A DNA stretch of 63,706 nt, counting the filler, from Circinaria calcarea (taxonomy: Eukaryota): NCBI GenBank assembly GCA_051942165.1. It is 4 parts of 4 records of this genome, joined end to end, with 100 filler letters (N's around TTAATTAATTAA, not from the genome) between each part and the next. Parts side by side here need not be neighbours in the genome. Positions count along the whole stretch, not along the records: positions 31,951 to 47,789 come from JAVECS010000348.1; 3 more parts are not named here. One strand, 5' to 3'. The translations under genes and the position numbers were made by a program. Position 1 is the stretch's first letter. Every line of letters begins with the position of its first letter. This document shows, piece by piece, positions 35,451 to 47,889 of the stretch. Below the pieces are notes generated by a model. That model searched no databases. It worked only from the letters and a program-made list of their open reading frames with translations, and had not been told where the DNA came from.

Positions 35451-38400
35451 TCAGGCCGGCCTCGACCTTGGATCTACCACCCTATGATGACGACTATGAG
35501 CATGAGCATGGCTGTGGCTGTAAGCATTCGGTACGACATCCTCTCTAGGCAGGACCTTTTTACCACCCATTGACCTCTCCCACACCTCTTCATTAAGTTC
35601 AAGCCTTAACATCTCCTCCACATCTACCACCGACCAAGACTCGCCATCGATAACATTTCTCTTACTCCCTCCAGGCGGTGGCAACAACGGTATCTGCGGC
35701 AGCGTCGGCGCTACCATCTTCTTGATATTGTCAGCGAACTCACTCAGCTGCGCCGTAAGCACAGCCGTGGTCGCCGCCGTCGGCCTGCCCGCATCGACCG
35801 CCGCCTTGTTAGCATCATAGATCGCCTGAGTAGCAATGCGAATGGCGTCCATCGCCCACTTCTGCCCGTTAGCGCCGACCGTGTCGGAGAAGTCGGCGAA
35901 CCAGGCGTCCCACCAGTTCACAAGCGTGTAAATGCCAGTGACCTGCTCGACGTAGCCGAGTTGGGTGCGCATCTGCATGTTGACGGCGACCCATGCTGAT
36001 GATATCTTGGGCGCATTAAGGTACTCGAAAACGGCGAATCCCTGTGGTACATTATATCCCTGTGAGTTTTGTTGTCCCACTAGTAGCGCATAAAAAAAGG
36101 AATAGAATCATATTTTTCTAAAGAATAGAAACTCAACGATCGAGGGAGTTGCCAGACTACTTACCGTTCTGATGGATGAAAGCAGCTTGTCTGCCGCTTT
36201 CTGTGTATCGAGCTTCATAGCGTCTTCGGCCAAATTCTGAATAATAGTCAAACTGACGGGCGCTGCCCTTAAACTAAACACTTTGCCTTTGGCAATATTA
36301 ACCGACTTTTCGAGAAGACTGAATGGTGCTCGATAGCCATTGGAGCCTAAAGAATGCATGATACGGTCATTAATAGTATTAGGCCGTGGTCCGTATTGCG
36401 AGCCGATGCGCGGGAAATCACTCAGTGCGGTGTTAACTGTGTTCCATTTATTAAAAAAGGACTGGCTGATAGTTGCAAGACGAGCACGATTGCCGGATGG
36501 TAAAATGCCGGTGAACATGGATACAAGGAAACTTGTAGCAATAACTTGTCGCTGTCCTTTCCATCAGCAATGATGTATATAACAATGAGGAAAGCGCCGC
36601 GCAGAGCTGCAGATAACTTACATCAATTACATGCTCAGACTCCAACCCTGCCCGAATGATGGAGTCCGGGGCTGGGATAACAACGCTCACGGTCTGGAGT
36701 GCTGGCCCGAAGCAATATAGCTTAGCCAGCCGGAATGCCAGTGGGATGGCCTGCGTGGCGAGACGCGTAGTGTATAGCTTCGTTGGCCCCGGATAACCCA
36801 ATGCCCTTACCGTAACCACTGGTCCTCCGGGAGGTGGAGTATAGTCCTGTGAATTGCCTCGTTTGACCAAGACTTTGCGACTGCTATTTATATCATCACG
36901 CCTGGACAGACTGTCGCCGTCGCCATAGTCGATAGGAGGGCAATATCCTGGTATCACATCGCACATGTCTGACGCACATGTAGCTGGCTTGGACTCTATC
37001 CGACCAATCTTGCAACATGCTGCCTTGTCCCGGCCCCAGGAGCATGCCCCGCTGCTAGTACTAGGGTCGCCATAGGGATCCCGGGCAAGCTCAACCTCAT
37101 CCTTGCCGCAATGAACGTTCACACAGTCGCTACCATCACCAACCCAATGACACTCGCTCACAGGCGCGGGGTCGAGACAGCAGTAAGTCTTGTAGCGACC
37201 GAACCAACAGTCGTCATAGTACTTGAACATGGGCGTGCTACCAGGCAAGCAGCTGTCGTGGCAGGGAGTCAACGAGCATTTTTTCATGATCGCCGCATAA
37301 TCAGGAGCCACGCAGCAGAACGCCTTGCGACCCCTTTTACATTTATTAGTATCACCATCATTAGTGAAACCTCCCCCCCATGAAGACACTATGCCGGCCA
37401 CGTTAATCTCGCCTTCGTAGCACGCACCGCTGCAATCACCGCCTATGCCGCCGGTATTGTCGCCTCGCCATTTGCAGCTGGTTGGTACGCCGAGGGTAGG
37501 ACAACATATCGGCTTGCCGTAATGATGGTTCTTTTTGCCGCAGCCCGCGTCGTCCCAGCCTACGACGGTGTAGCCAGCGCCGCAAGCGTCCGCTAAAGCC
37601 TGGTTGTTATTGAGATCCTTACAATCTCCGTCGTATTTTTTGCAGCCCTCACCTGTCTGTCCCTTAACGCTTTCAGTCAAGGATAACTGCTCAGCCTTTC
37701 GCAATAAGTCTATAGTGTCTTGTAGCGAACTTGTGGAGCTGATAGTCCTTCCTAGCAATGCAGAATGGGCCGAATACTTGTCGTCATCCAAGTCGGAAGC
37801 CCAGATCAGAGAACCACCAAGTCCTACTTTATTCGCCCAGTCGACCTTCTGCTTGAACGTTACTGAATCATCATATGATATCCATTGCGTGTTGTCAAAG
37901 ACAAGGTAGTTGACAGCAGCGTCGGTGTCATGGACAGGTGTTACGCCGCTTTTCAGGACTTGCTGGATCTCATAGAACCCGAGATAACCTCCCGTTGCAG
38001 TACAGGGACCTGTAATGTTGATCAGCTATAGCCTTGAGAACCTCGAGCTAAACAGCCAAGATCAGCCTATCTATAAGACTCCGCTAGGATAGCCACGCCG
38101 TCACGTTTGCGAATTAGGCATGATATATCGAGAGTCGCCGAAGTCTCTTAACGTGAGTAAGGGGCTTATAGGTAGGCAACTCCCCACGACTCTGTACACG
38201 GCTTACAACTGAGTATGCACCAATGAGAGCAATAGCAATGACTCTGCTTGATCGATGCAGCATCTACGAAGCGCATCGCGTGTGTCTTCGCTCTTGGGGG
38301 TGAATTTCGCGCTGTAGGGAACGAGTTGAGTTGACTTACCAGGATTCGAAGCACCACTGAAAGGGCGCCCAGGCTTAGAACAGCTTGCATCAGCCAACGT

Positions 38401-39765
38401 GAAAGATCGGCCGTAGAAGCCGAAGCCTAACACGACCTTGCTCGGTGGAACGCCGACACGCCAAAGCAGCTCGGTGGCAAGCTTGATTTCTGTAAGATTT
38501 GTATGGCCCTGAACGATGCTGCCGATTGGATTCCCAGCGTCCCATATCCCGTGAAGATCGTAGGTCATGAAGTTGATCCAGTCGGAATACTTGAGCATGT
38601 TGGGAAGGTCAAACCAACGCAAATACCAGAACGAACTTGGTGCAGTAAAGGTAATGCCATATTTGCCTGCCAGAATACGGGTTAGTTTAGAGTGGAAGGA
38701 AGATGGCTAAAGCTTCAAGCTGTGTGTACCTCCCGATCCGTCAAATGTCGACCTTAGCGTCTTGAGGAGCTGCACGTAGTTTGCGGTGTCCTCCTTCTTC
38801 CCGCCTCGGTCAGGCGCTCCCGGATATTCCCAGTCGAGATCCACGCCATCGAACCCGTGTTGTTGCATGAAGTGAACCAGATTGTTGGCGAAATTCTGAC
38901 GCTTCCCAGCATCTGCTGCAATATCGCCAAAGACAGGTTGAGTAGCGGTGTTGTTGTCCGAGAACGTCCATCCGCCAATGCTCACCCATATCTCAAGGTC
39001 AGGCTTGATGGATTTCAGTGTTGTCAGGTCATCGAACAGACTGCTAGGTGTTGCTGAGTCCATAGTCACTATCTGATATGATACCGGGTCGATGTATGCA
39101 AAGGCGTAGTTGATATGTGTGAGCGCATCCAAGGGCAAATTGGTCGGCCCTACGTTGTGGCATGCTTTGCTGTTGCTCCAGGACTCGTAGTATCCAATAA
39201 CCTTATCGAAGACTTGGCCAGTCCCTCCACCCGGTGGAGATGGATGTTGAACACAGTTGCTCTGGCACTTGTCGTCGCAGAAGTCTCGCGTGGTTCCACA
39301 GAAACCTAAGGATTGACTCTTAGCTTCATGGTACGCTGAAACCTACCAAGGCTTTCCACCGAGAAACATACCATATTGCGAGCAGCAGACGTTCAAGGGA
39401 CACTTTTTTCCAGGGTCAGAGGCGTACCGTCCGCATTCAGCGGTGGCATCGCATTGACTGAGGCACCCAGCTCCGCAATACGTCGGACCATAACCACAGT
39501 AGCCGGATGCTCCACAGCATGCACCGTTTGAGCAGGGTGCGCTGGCACTGCATGTGTAATCTTCTCTTCGTATCAGGCTGGCGTTGGAAACGAGAATAGA
39601 GTCATCTGCGAAGCCAGAGTTCTCTATGTGTCGAGCCGTGATCACGCTGGATGTTGGCCTGACGCTAGGGTTGTTATACCAATTTAGGGCGAAAAGCACA
39701 AATGCTCCTACCGCTAGTAGACTAGGAAGTTGGGCGCCCGTTCTCCATGATTTTTCTTGAGCCAT
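35451..39765 (-). CDS. Subgroup-C (killer-toxin-like) GH18 chitinase, ~1200 aa, 6 exons: signal/anchor, 2 CBM18, GH18, Cys-rich repeats, C-terminal unknown domain
   Basis: Hevein motifs (CCGASGYCG; CPLNVCCSQYGFCG), SIGGW, intact catalytic FDGVDLDWEYP, MTYDLHG.W, GFGFYGRSF, WISYDD, IWASD.DD. Splicing at five GT-AG introns keeps one frame to TGA at 35451. Confidence 0.95.
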
Positions 39766-41657
39766 GGCTCTTAAAGTATCACTCTGAACCAAGAAGCTTT
39801 AAGACAAGTAATTATAAAAAGGGGGAAAGGAAGAATGGAAAGGATATTCAGTTAAGAAATAAATATCCCATCCGCCGAAGATGTCAAAAGCGTTTTTTGG
39901 GGATAGGTTTCCGAAGTAATAGGAGTCCGAGTAGGGAGAAGGGCGGTAGATCAGCCTGACCTATAAAGCGTATGTTCAATTAATCCTGCATGAGCTCAAC
40001 CCAGGATCAATAACCCTGTTGGTGCCCCCTACCCTAATGATGGCGCAATACAAATTATGTTTCCCGATGCTCGTCCGGCTAAAAGGGCTTGAGAATGGGT
40101 GGCACTTACCTAGAAGCGTGCTGAATGCGCGCATCTTCGTCCTGCAATATCCGGTAGAACCTTCATTTCCATAGATATAGTAGAGCGTAAGCAGCATCCT
40201 TTTCGTGCTTAAATTGTGGCGCCTTAGCCATAGCAGTAAGAGCCATTATGCCCTTGCGACTCCGAAGACCGTGTGTGTGTGCTTGAGTAAGCAAGATCTT
40301 AGTATGTATGTGCTTGAATAAGCAAGGTCTTGGTGGAATCTGTTTAATAAGTGCATATGCCTTACATCCAAATGCTATAGAGCTTATGGCGTCATTAGTA
40401 AAGGTAGAATCATAAAAAAGGGTTGCACTGACTCCAAGGAGCTCCGACCTCTATTGGCCGTCGGGTACGGAGTACCTTGCATGCGGCCCGACCCTTCGGT
40501 ATATGCAGGGGGAACGTGATGGAGATTGGTACCTGCAGTACGAACGGCTCTCCCCTGATTATTGCAGAGCTTGGTTGGCACGTAGGGCGGGGGTTATCCG
40601 AAAGCCTGATTAATTAGATATGGAGTTTCATATTGCCTCTCATGCCTCTCTTCCAGAATATGACGATGCGGCTGAAGAATGTGAGGCCGCGGCGTTGAAC
40701 CTTGCAGCCAAATCTCGGCTGGTGGCCTCTCGAGGAGACTACGGTCGGCCTAACCGTAGCATCTAATACTGTTGGTCCTTCGAAGCGCCCGTCGTGATCG
40801 ACATGGCCAATACAGAATGAAAGCGCGTGTGCGCGCAGAATGGCTGCAGGCGGGGAATATCACCAAGATTGGGTTCAAATCCCATGAGCGCTTTTTGGTG
40901 GCCTGGTGGTACCCCCGTCCTGTTTTCTCAGAGGGCTTAGAGATTGATTCGGCGGCGAATTGCTAAGCTACCCCCTGTAAACCCTGTAATTACTCGGTAT
41001 GACTCAAACCCAGCCTTTCAACGTGGTATTCCATGCTTTTAACCCCTTCCAACACCAAATCCAATTCGACTTCTACCCAGCCTTCCAGCACGGCGACAGC
41101 AGGGCAATTGAGAGAAGCGACAGCGAGATTAATTAAACTAATCGGAGGGCGTGAATATAATGGCCAGGGGGGGGTGGCATGGGGCATTTCAGTAAGACGT
41201 AATTTACATGGTTAAATGCAGCAGAATAGTAATTACAGGGATTTAGTTTAGCAATTCACCGTTGATTCGGGCCTTCTACCAATGCTAGGCTATCTCGGTA
41301 ATGCATGTTATAATTTGCATCACGACTTGCTCCACTATAAAACGCAGGGGCTGGACTGATCATCATCTAAAATTTCGTACATTATGCCAGCCGAACCTAC
41401 AGGGCAGCCGTGCAGATTTTGCCTGCTATGCCATAGCTCTGTCTATGTCAGCCTTAATAATATTATATCCCCTTTCCTGTATTCACTGGTTGATGCGCAC
41501 CGACCTGATATTGGTCGATTTTTTTCAGACTATCCACCTCAAACCGATCAGCTCGAGTGCTAGTTATTTTTGCTGCCGTTAACTGGCATAAATCTTCAAA
41601 AGTTCCGGACTCAAAGCCCTTGCTTGTTACGGTGAGGCCTGAGAATTGGACGATACG

Positions 41658-44441
41658 ATGATCTGTCCTCAAGCCTCTCTTCTTGCCGTCGTTACGGTTT
41701 CCATTCGATCAGTATGGGCGCAACAGCTGAAAGACGGGTTGCCCGCCTTTATGAGCTATCCTGGCATTAGCACGAGTTGCGAGACAGCGCTGAATACCAC
41801 TGTCAACTGTCCGGCCTTTTTAGCGAGGGCATCAAGCCAGTGAGTTGCTCACTAAGCCGATGAATTACTCACTAAGCCGACCGATCGTGTTGACGCATTA
41901 GGCAGATGCAAGGGTGTAATGATGACTGATTTATATCTAGAAATACCATCTTGGACTCGAACCAAGTTGGCGCTCTGTGCTCGGGTTCCTGCGCTACAGA
42001 CTTGCAGTCTGCGAGAACGAAGATAGCAGATGCATGTACTGCGAGTACAGATGTGATTGTCTACAGCAACATAGCGTATCCGGCAACGTTCATCGTGGAC
42101 CAGTACCTCTTCACTTCCAAAGTGTCTTGTTACCAAGATAGGTGAGTACGCCCGCATCGCTAGCCCGCAAGATGCTAACATCGTGGTTAGCTCGACAGGT
42201 GAATACTGCGACCCGCAGTTCCTTGCATGGTCCAACGAGAGCACCTTGACCAGCAATCAGAGCTGTTCGAACTGCTGGCTTGGAATACAGGCGCTTCAGC
42301 TCGGCAACCCGATTGGCTACGATGAGGGTTTGGCAAGCGACTTTACCGCCCTGGCGGCAAGCTGCGGTGCCAGTGGGTACACATATGCTACACCTACCGC
42401 CTACGGTATCAACCTTACTGCAACTAGTACTGGCACTGCTCAGTTCACCAACCCGCCAATGTGCACTGGCTCGTACACTCTCCAGCCGAGCGACAGCTGT
42501 AACTCCGTAGCCAAAGCTATGGGTGTATCTACCTACAGCATGCTGTACGCCAATGGACTCGATATCTACTGCCAGAACTTCGACGCAGCCATCAATAGTA
42601 GCGCCAGTCTCTGCACACCGCCAACCTGTAAGACATACACGTGGGGTCCATACGACGCCTGCAGCGACGTTGCCAGCCAATACGGAATCAGTCTTGCGCA
42701 CTTCTTAGCCTGGAACCCAAACTTCAACTCCATATGCCGGAATGCGATCAACTTCGTCGGATATCAGGTCTGCGTCTCGTGAGTCTCCCTGTTATTGCTA
42801 AAATCGCGGTCTGTTGTGCCTTATTCGACAACGCCCTTTTCTGGAATGCTTGTGTTGTCAGCTGGGGGGTTATAGAGCTCAGACACCTCACCTATATAAC
42901 CTAGGTCGTGGTATTCGATCTGACAATACAGCCTTCAATGCAATTAAAGCAAAATGGCTTATCATATGTGACCTCATGACTGGACACACGCTAATGTCTA
43001 CTATGGTAGTTCACCAGGAGGAACCATCGACTCCGGCGCTTCAACAAACCTCAGCGTGTCGACTGGCGCCTCTAGTGCTCTGCCAGCACCAACAAACTCG
43101 TTCCCTGAGACGAGAGAGTGCGGTGGATGGTATACGGTCAGCGCACCCCAAACTGCTGAACGGCGAGTCATACCAGAAACATAATATGCTGACCCTCTCG
43201 CAGGTCCAAGCTAGAGACGATTGCGGCGTACTTTCGATTGCATACTCGATAACACTTTCGGACTTCCTCTTCCTTAACCCCGAGGTCTACTCCAACTGTA
43301 CCAACTTGCTTCTCGGTGTCGCTTACTGCGTCTTTCCCGTGGGCAATATCGCCACCTATTCTGGATACAAAGCTCCTCCTACAATGTCGATTACCGTTCC
43401 GCCGGCAACATTTTCTTCTGTGAACACTGCGAATCCGTCCACGACGAATCATCCCAATCCAGGGTACAGATTCCAACAGCTGCCAATGGCCTCGGGCACA
43501 GTCCAAGGATGCGCATCGTATGCCAACTATAATAATAACACTACGGACGGCAGTTTCAACTCGTGTAGCTATATTGCCTACGCTTATGGGGTCGATTTTT
43601 CTGATCTTCTCACGTGGAACCCTAGCCTATCGAAGAACAAAACAGACTGTACGTTCCAGCCAGGCTACAGTTATTGCGTACAGAAGACGAATACCACAGC
43701 GTATGTCCCGTCTAATAGCAATTGTGTTTCGGTCAACGCCACCGAGATCCAGGGCGGCACCGATTCCAATTGTGTTTGTTTCACAGAAGTGTCAGGTTAT
43801 GACGGGACTGTGGGCGTAAACTGCGCCTCTGTCGCAGACGATGCGTCGATTAAGCTTTCGCAACTCACAACTTGGAACTCGTGGCTCGGGTCAGCCTGCG
43901 ATACCGCTCTGTTCGCGAACCTCGATGAGAACGACTTGCGTGCTGTATGCATTGGCGTCAACTCTACCGCACATATGGCTACTATAACGAATCCTCCTTC
44001 GACAGCCTCGACGCCTACAGGAACTAAAAGCTCCGCCTCGATGGGTGTGCTCCGCCTTAATAAGTCACGCGAGACCATGTGCTAACGAGGTTTTAGGTCC
44101 TACTCAAACGGGCGTCATCTCCAGCTGCCAACAGTATTACACGGTACAGTCTGGAGACAGCTGTGCCGCAATTGAAGGCATGTTCGCGATCTCTTTTGCG
44201 GCCTTCTACGAATGGAACCCAAGCAGTAGGTACCCTCCTTGACTAAAAAGAATTCAATGCGGTTAGGGGCTACACAAGCTAACGCGATTTGTAGTCGGAT
44301 CGAACTGTGAGAACCTATGGCTAGGGTAAGGCTAATTATTTTTTAAAATATATTGCCATCGCGTTTTACTAACGTTCAGATAGCTATGCGTACTGCGTTA
44401 GCGCTCCCTCTAGTGCCCTGAAACCAAAGGAACGACGTTGA
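41658..44441 (+). CDS. Secreted multi-LysM (CBM50) protein with ~6 Cys-containing fungal LysM domains, multi-exon
   Basis: Signal peptide MICPQASLLAVVTVSIRSVWA; N-terminal Cys-rich region; LysMs such as YTLQPSDSC..., F.AWNP, FLFLNPEV..NCTNL..G.AYCV, LLTWNPSL, LTTWNSW, YTVQSGDSC..FYEWNP..NCENLWLGYAYCV; stop at 44439-44441. Confidence 0.93.
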
Positions 44442-45013
44442 AGGGTTTAAATCTGGGCACGGCCCGGGCCGATCCGAGCGAAACTCTGCTGGACACTTAA
44501 AGTGGCTGATAAGTCACCAAGGGTATTCGGCGACTTTGAGAAATCTAGTTTATTACTGCAAATGTAAAGCTAAAAAAGAATGGATAAGTCGTGTAAAGCG
44601 GCAAAGCAAGCGGAATTCATTTTGAAGGTGACTTCTCGTTTGGTTGTGAAGGACGAAAATTGATGACATCTAGATTAATCGCTGTGAATACTGGCTTCTT
44701 CTAGCAGCCGCGCCCTTTGAAGAAAAGAATACAATCAAGGAGCAAAGCAAGAATGACGCATGTTTGAAGAATGTGAGATTTTGCCCGCTTGTAACACAAG
44801 ACTCCCTGCCTGGATCTCTACAACAGCTCGCGCCGTTGATAATTGAAGGTCTTCCTTTGCTTGCCCAGATCAACCAAATCTCCAGCTTCCGTAGTGCTCG
44901 TGGGGACCCTCTGCCTGTTGCATTCACGTTGCCCTTGAAGTTGAGAATCTAGCTTACAGCCAGAACTGTTTAGGCAGAGAGCTTCAGTCATGGTATGCTA
45001 CTTTCCTACATGG

Positions 45014-47789
45014 TCAAACAGTACTTAGTTCGCTAGACTGATCTTCTTCCTCCCTTGATCGTTCCTCTTCCGATCGTTCTTCTTCCGATGATGTTTCGTC
45101 AACTTCCGTACCTCTGACGTACGGATTCACTTCTATATCTTTCATTCTGGCATTATTTTTCCATTCCGCTTTAAGTTCCTTGATAAGATCCGAGTACAGA
45201 GAGAATGTTCCCTTACAGCTTTCGCAGGGAGGACAGTCAGAATCGTCCCGGCACATTGGAGGTACGCATGCATGGCAAGGCATCAGATACTTCTCAATGC
45301 AACACGGAGTGTGAAGAGAAGCAGGGCATGCGCGCCCAACCCTAGCACTGGAAAGATCATCTAGAGAACCCACGAAGGTCCCTTTAGACCCAAAGGTGTT
45401 GAGCTGAGTCTGAAGTAAAACTGATTGATAGTTTTGACACGGTCGGAAATTGGGTGTAGTGAGAGCATCATTAGGTGTCTCAGTAGTATCATCTTGACAA
45501 GGGATAATCAAAACACGCCACCTATAGTTATTCACCATTGTATGCACAGTACAAAGTAGACAAGTGTTCTTCTACAGTATGATGGCTTGGAATGGAGGTC
45601 CTTTTCCTTTTATTGGATCCCTTGTACATGACAGCCACTGACCCTCCGCAGTACGGATCACGTGCGAGTAGGTTATCCTAAGACCGCTGTTGGTAGGAGA
45701 GTATTGAACAGCTGGCCCGACAGCTTCGAATTTGTCAAAGATTGAAAAAGGGGCCCATGTTTCAACCGGGGGCCGAGAAGGAAATAACCGCAATACACTC
45801 CCATGCATCATCAACGGCATTTGTTGGTAATGCGTGCAGGGCGCCGTGATATAAATATGTGGGATGTCGCGAGATATTTCGATGGGATTTACTGGGACCC
45901 ACTTCTTCCTGCGGGTGAGGAACTCGAGCCTCAGCCATAATGTTCGCTCAGTAACACTAAAGGTGCGCCGAAGCTCGGCAGGCTCCAAACCGGCCACGTG
46001 ACACGGACGTAGTTCTGGTCCAGTAGTTTTGGAACAGTCATTGATGACTTCCAAAGTCTGAACCTGATCCGTATCGATTGTTTCAACCCTTATGCTCCGA
46101 ATGGACGAGTTCTCGTATACGATCCGACCCAGCCGGAAATCAAGATATCTCCCTCCCAATTCTAAGATTGAATGTTCCGCCACAATAGAGCGAAGAACGA
46201 CTATTCCGTCGAAATCAATCCCGGCCCAGTCCGAGGTTATGAATTTCTGCTTCAAAGTGTTTGTATCATGATTATCCGTACATGTAATGACAGCGCTGGT
46301 GAGATCATCCGGAAAGAGATCCGCGGGCTTATCATTGTTAGTTGTTCCTGCTTGATAAAAGTAACGTACGGATAATGATGTGAAGGAGGCACCCCAGTCC
46401 GAAAACGCCAGTCTTGCCGCTATGTCCACTGCCTTTATAACCACACGGCATATATGTTGGCGTACACTTGAAGGGTGCTTCATGAAGGCAAGACCGTTTT
46501 GAACATCACCATCATTGGCCATGTTGCTCCCCCGACGCAGAAAGGAGTCTGAGCGATTCTGGATATAGTCTTCTAGCCGTGACGGTGCCTCCCCGTAGTT
46601 GGCTTTTCCGTCAGATCTACCCCACTCACCTCCCTCCGGATCTTCTGAATCTTCTGAAACTCCTGTTTCACTCGTGTATTCCGAGCTTCCCAACCCCTTC
46701 GGAGATATCCCTAGGATTTTCTTGGCCGCTTCTGGATCTAGAGGCTCTGTTCTAAGGCCCACACAATAATAATCAGGGCAACCCCATCGTGCTTCAAACG
46801 TATAGTCATCGAGAGTACCAGGTATAAAGCCTAGAATCTCTAAGATTCGTAAACCTCGAGTCCGCAGCTCTGCAAGAACATACAAAGTGTATTCACAGAG
46901 CCTAGCCGTACACTCCGTCTCGTACATCCCTTTGTCACGTTGGTATGGATAAAAGAAATTATCTGCGAGCTCTGAAATGGCATTCATCATTTCTAACGCA
47001 GCAAATTCACACAGAACTGGGAAGTCAGGCATCTTCCGTAATTCTGGACAGTTCACGTCCAGAAAATTTACAATTGAACAGTCGACACTCCACCCTTTTC
47101 TCTCGAGACCTTCCGACTCTAATGAGATGAAGTCTTCCAAGTTGCCTGTTCGAGAAGTCTCGCACGTATTGGCAAGGGCCGAAGATGAAATCCGGATCAC
47201 CACTCTAGCCTCCTCGTACGTCCCGTTGACAGGTAAAGTACAGCCAGAGGCGTCGATTGCGCAAGTTGGAAGGCCGAGGACATAGGACGCATATGTAGCC
47301 ACCCAGGCAGCTCCAGTAATGCCCTTGTATGTGAAGATAAGGCCTTGGGTTGAGGTAACCTTGAAAAGCATCTGCAATATCGTGGGTATATCCTTGTCAT
47401 GTGGGATTGCTTCATACGGGTTTTTCATTTGACCTGGGGTCGTCTGCGAACCTTGTCCAAATGCCTGCAGTAAATAGTGATACTGCAAGACCTTTTCTCC
47501 GAATTCGGTCTTCCTTGTAAACGGTAGCAAGGCTTCTCGGAGCTTCCCCAGTTCCCCTATACCGGGAGTATTGTCAAGTGACACCCCGGCGGTGTCGAAA
47601 AGATGCGATAGGATGGTTGTGCAAGATGTTTCATTTAAGATCGAGGTAATCGCCGTCATGAGAGCCACCACATTTTCTCCCGCACGAGTCTTGAGTAACT
47701 GATCCACGAGGAAGTTGGAGGCTGAACCAATCTCAACAGCCTTGAAGTACCAAAAGCGATCTGATCTCTGCTGCTGCCGGACTCTGCTC
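45014..47789 (-). pseudogene. Large uncharacterised fungal protein gene with one in-frame TAG; 5' end cut by the contig end
   Basis: The 711-aa ORF and the 177-aa ORF are in the same frame, separated only by TAG at 45572-45574 (QAIIL*KNTCLLC). The frame is also open upstream to the spacer. Confidence 0.7.
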
Positions 47790-47889
47790 NNNNNNNNNNN
47801 NNNNNNNNNNNNNNNNNNNNNNNNNNNNNNNNNTTAATTAATTAANNNNNNNNNNNNNNNNNNNNNNNNNNNNNNNNNNNNNNNNNNNN
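47790..47889. other. Artificial contig-joining spacer
   Basis: N44-TTAATTAATTAA-N44. Confidence 0.97.

Noticed and set aside
38355..38385. Chitinase as pseudogene (CSKPGRPF where Cys is usual; fragmented ORF track)
   Set aside because: Splicing restores one continuous frame with an intact DxDxE motif; one substitution is insufficient evidence.
31951..47789. Calling this contig a Starship element
   Set aside because: Cargo-like content, but no tyrosine recombinase (DUF3435) captain or element boundary is visible.
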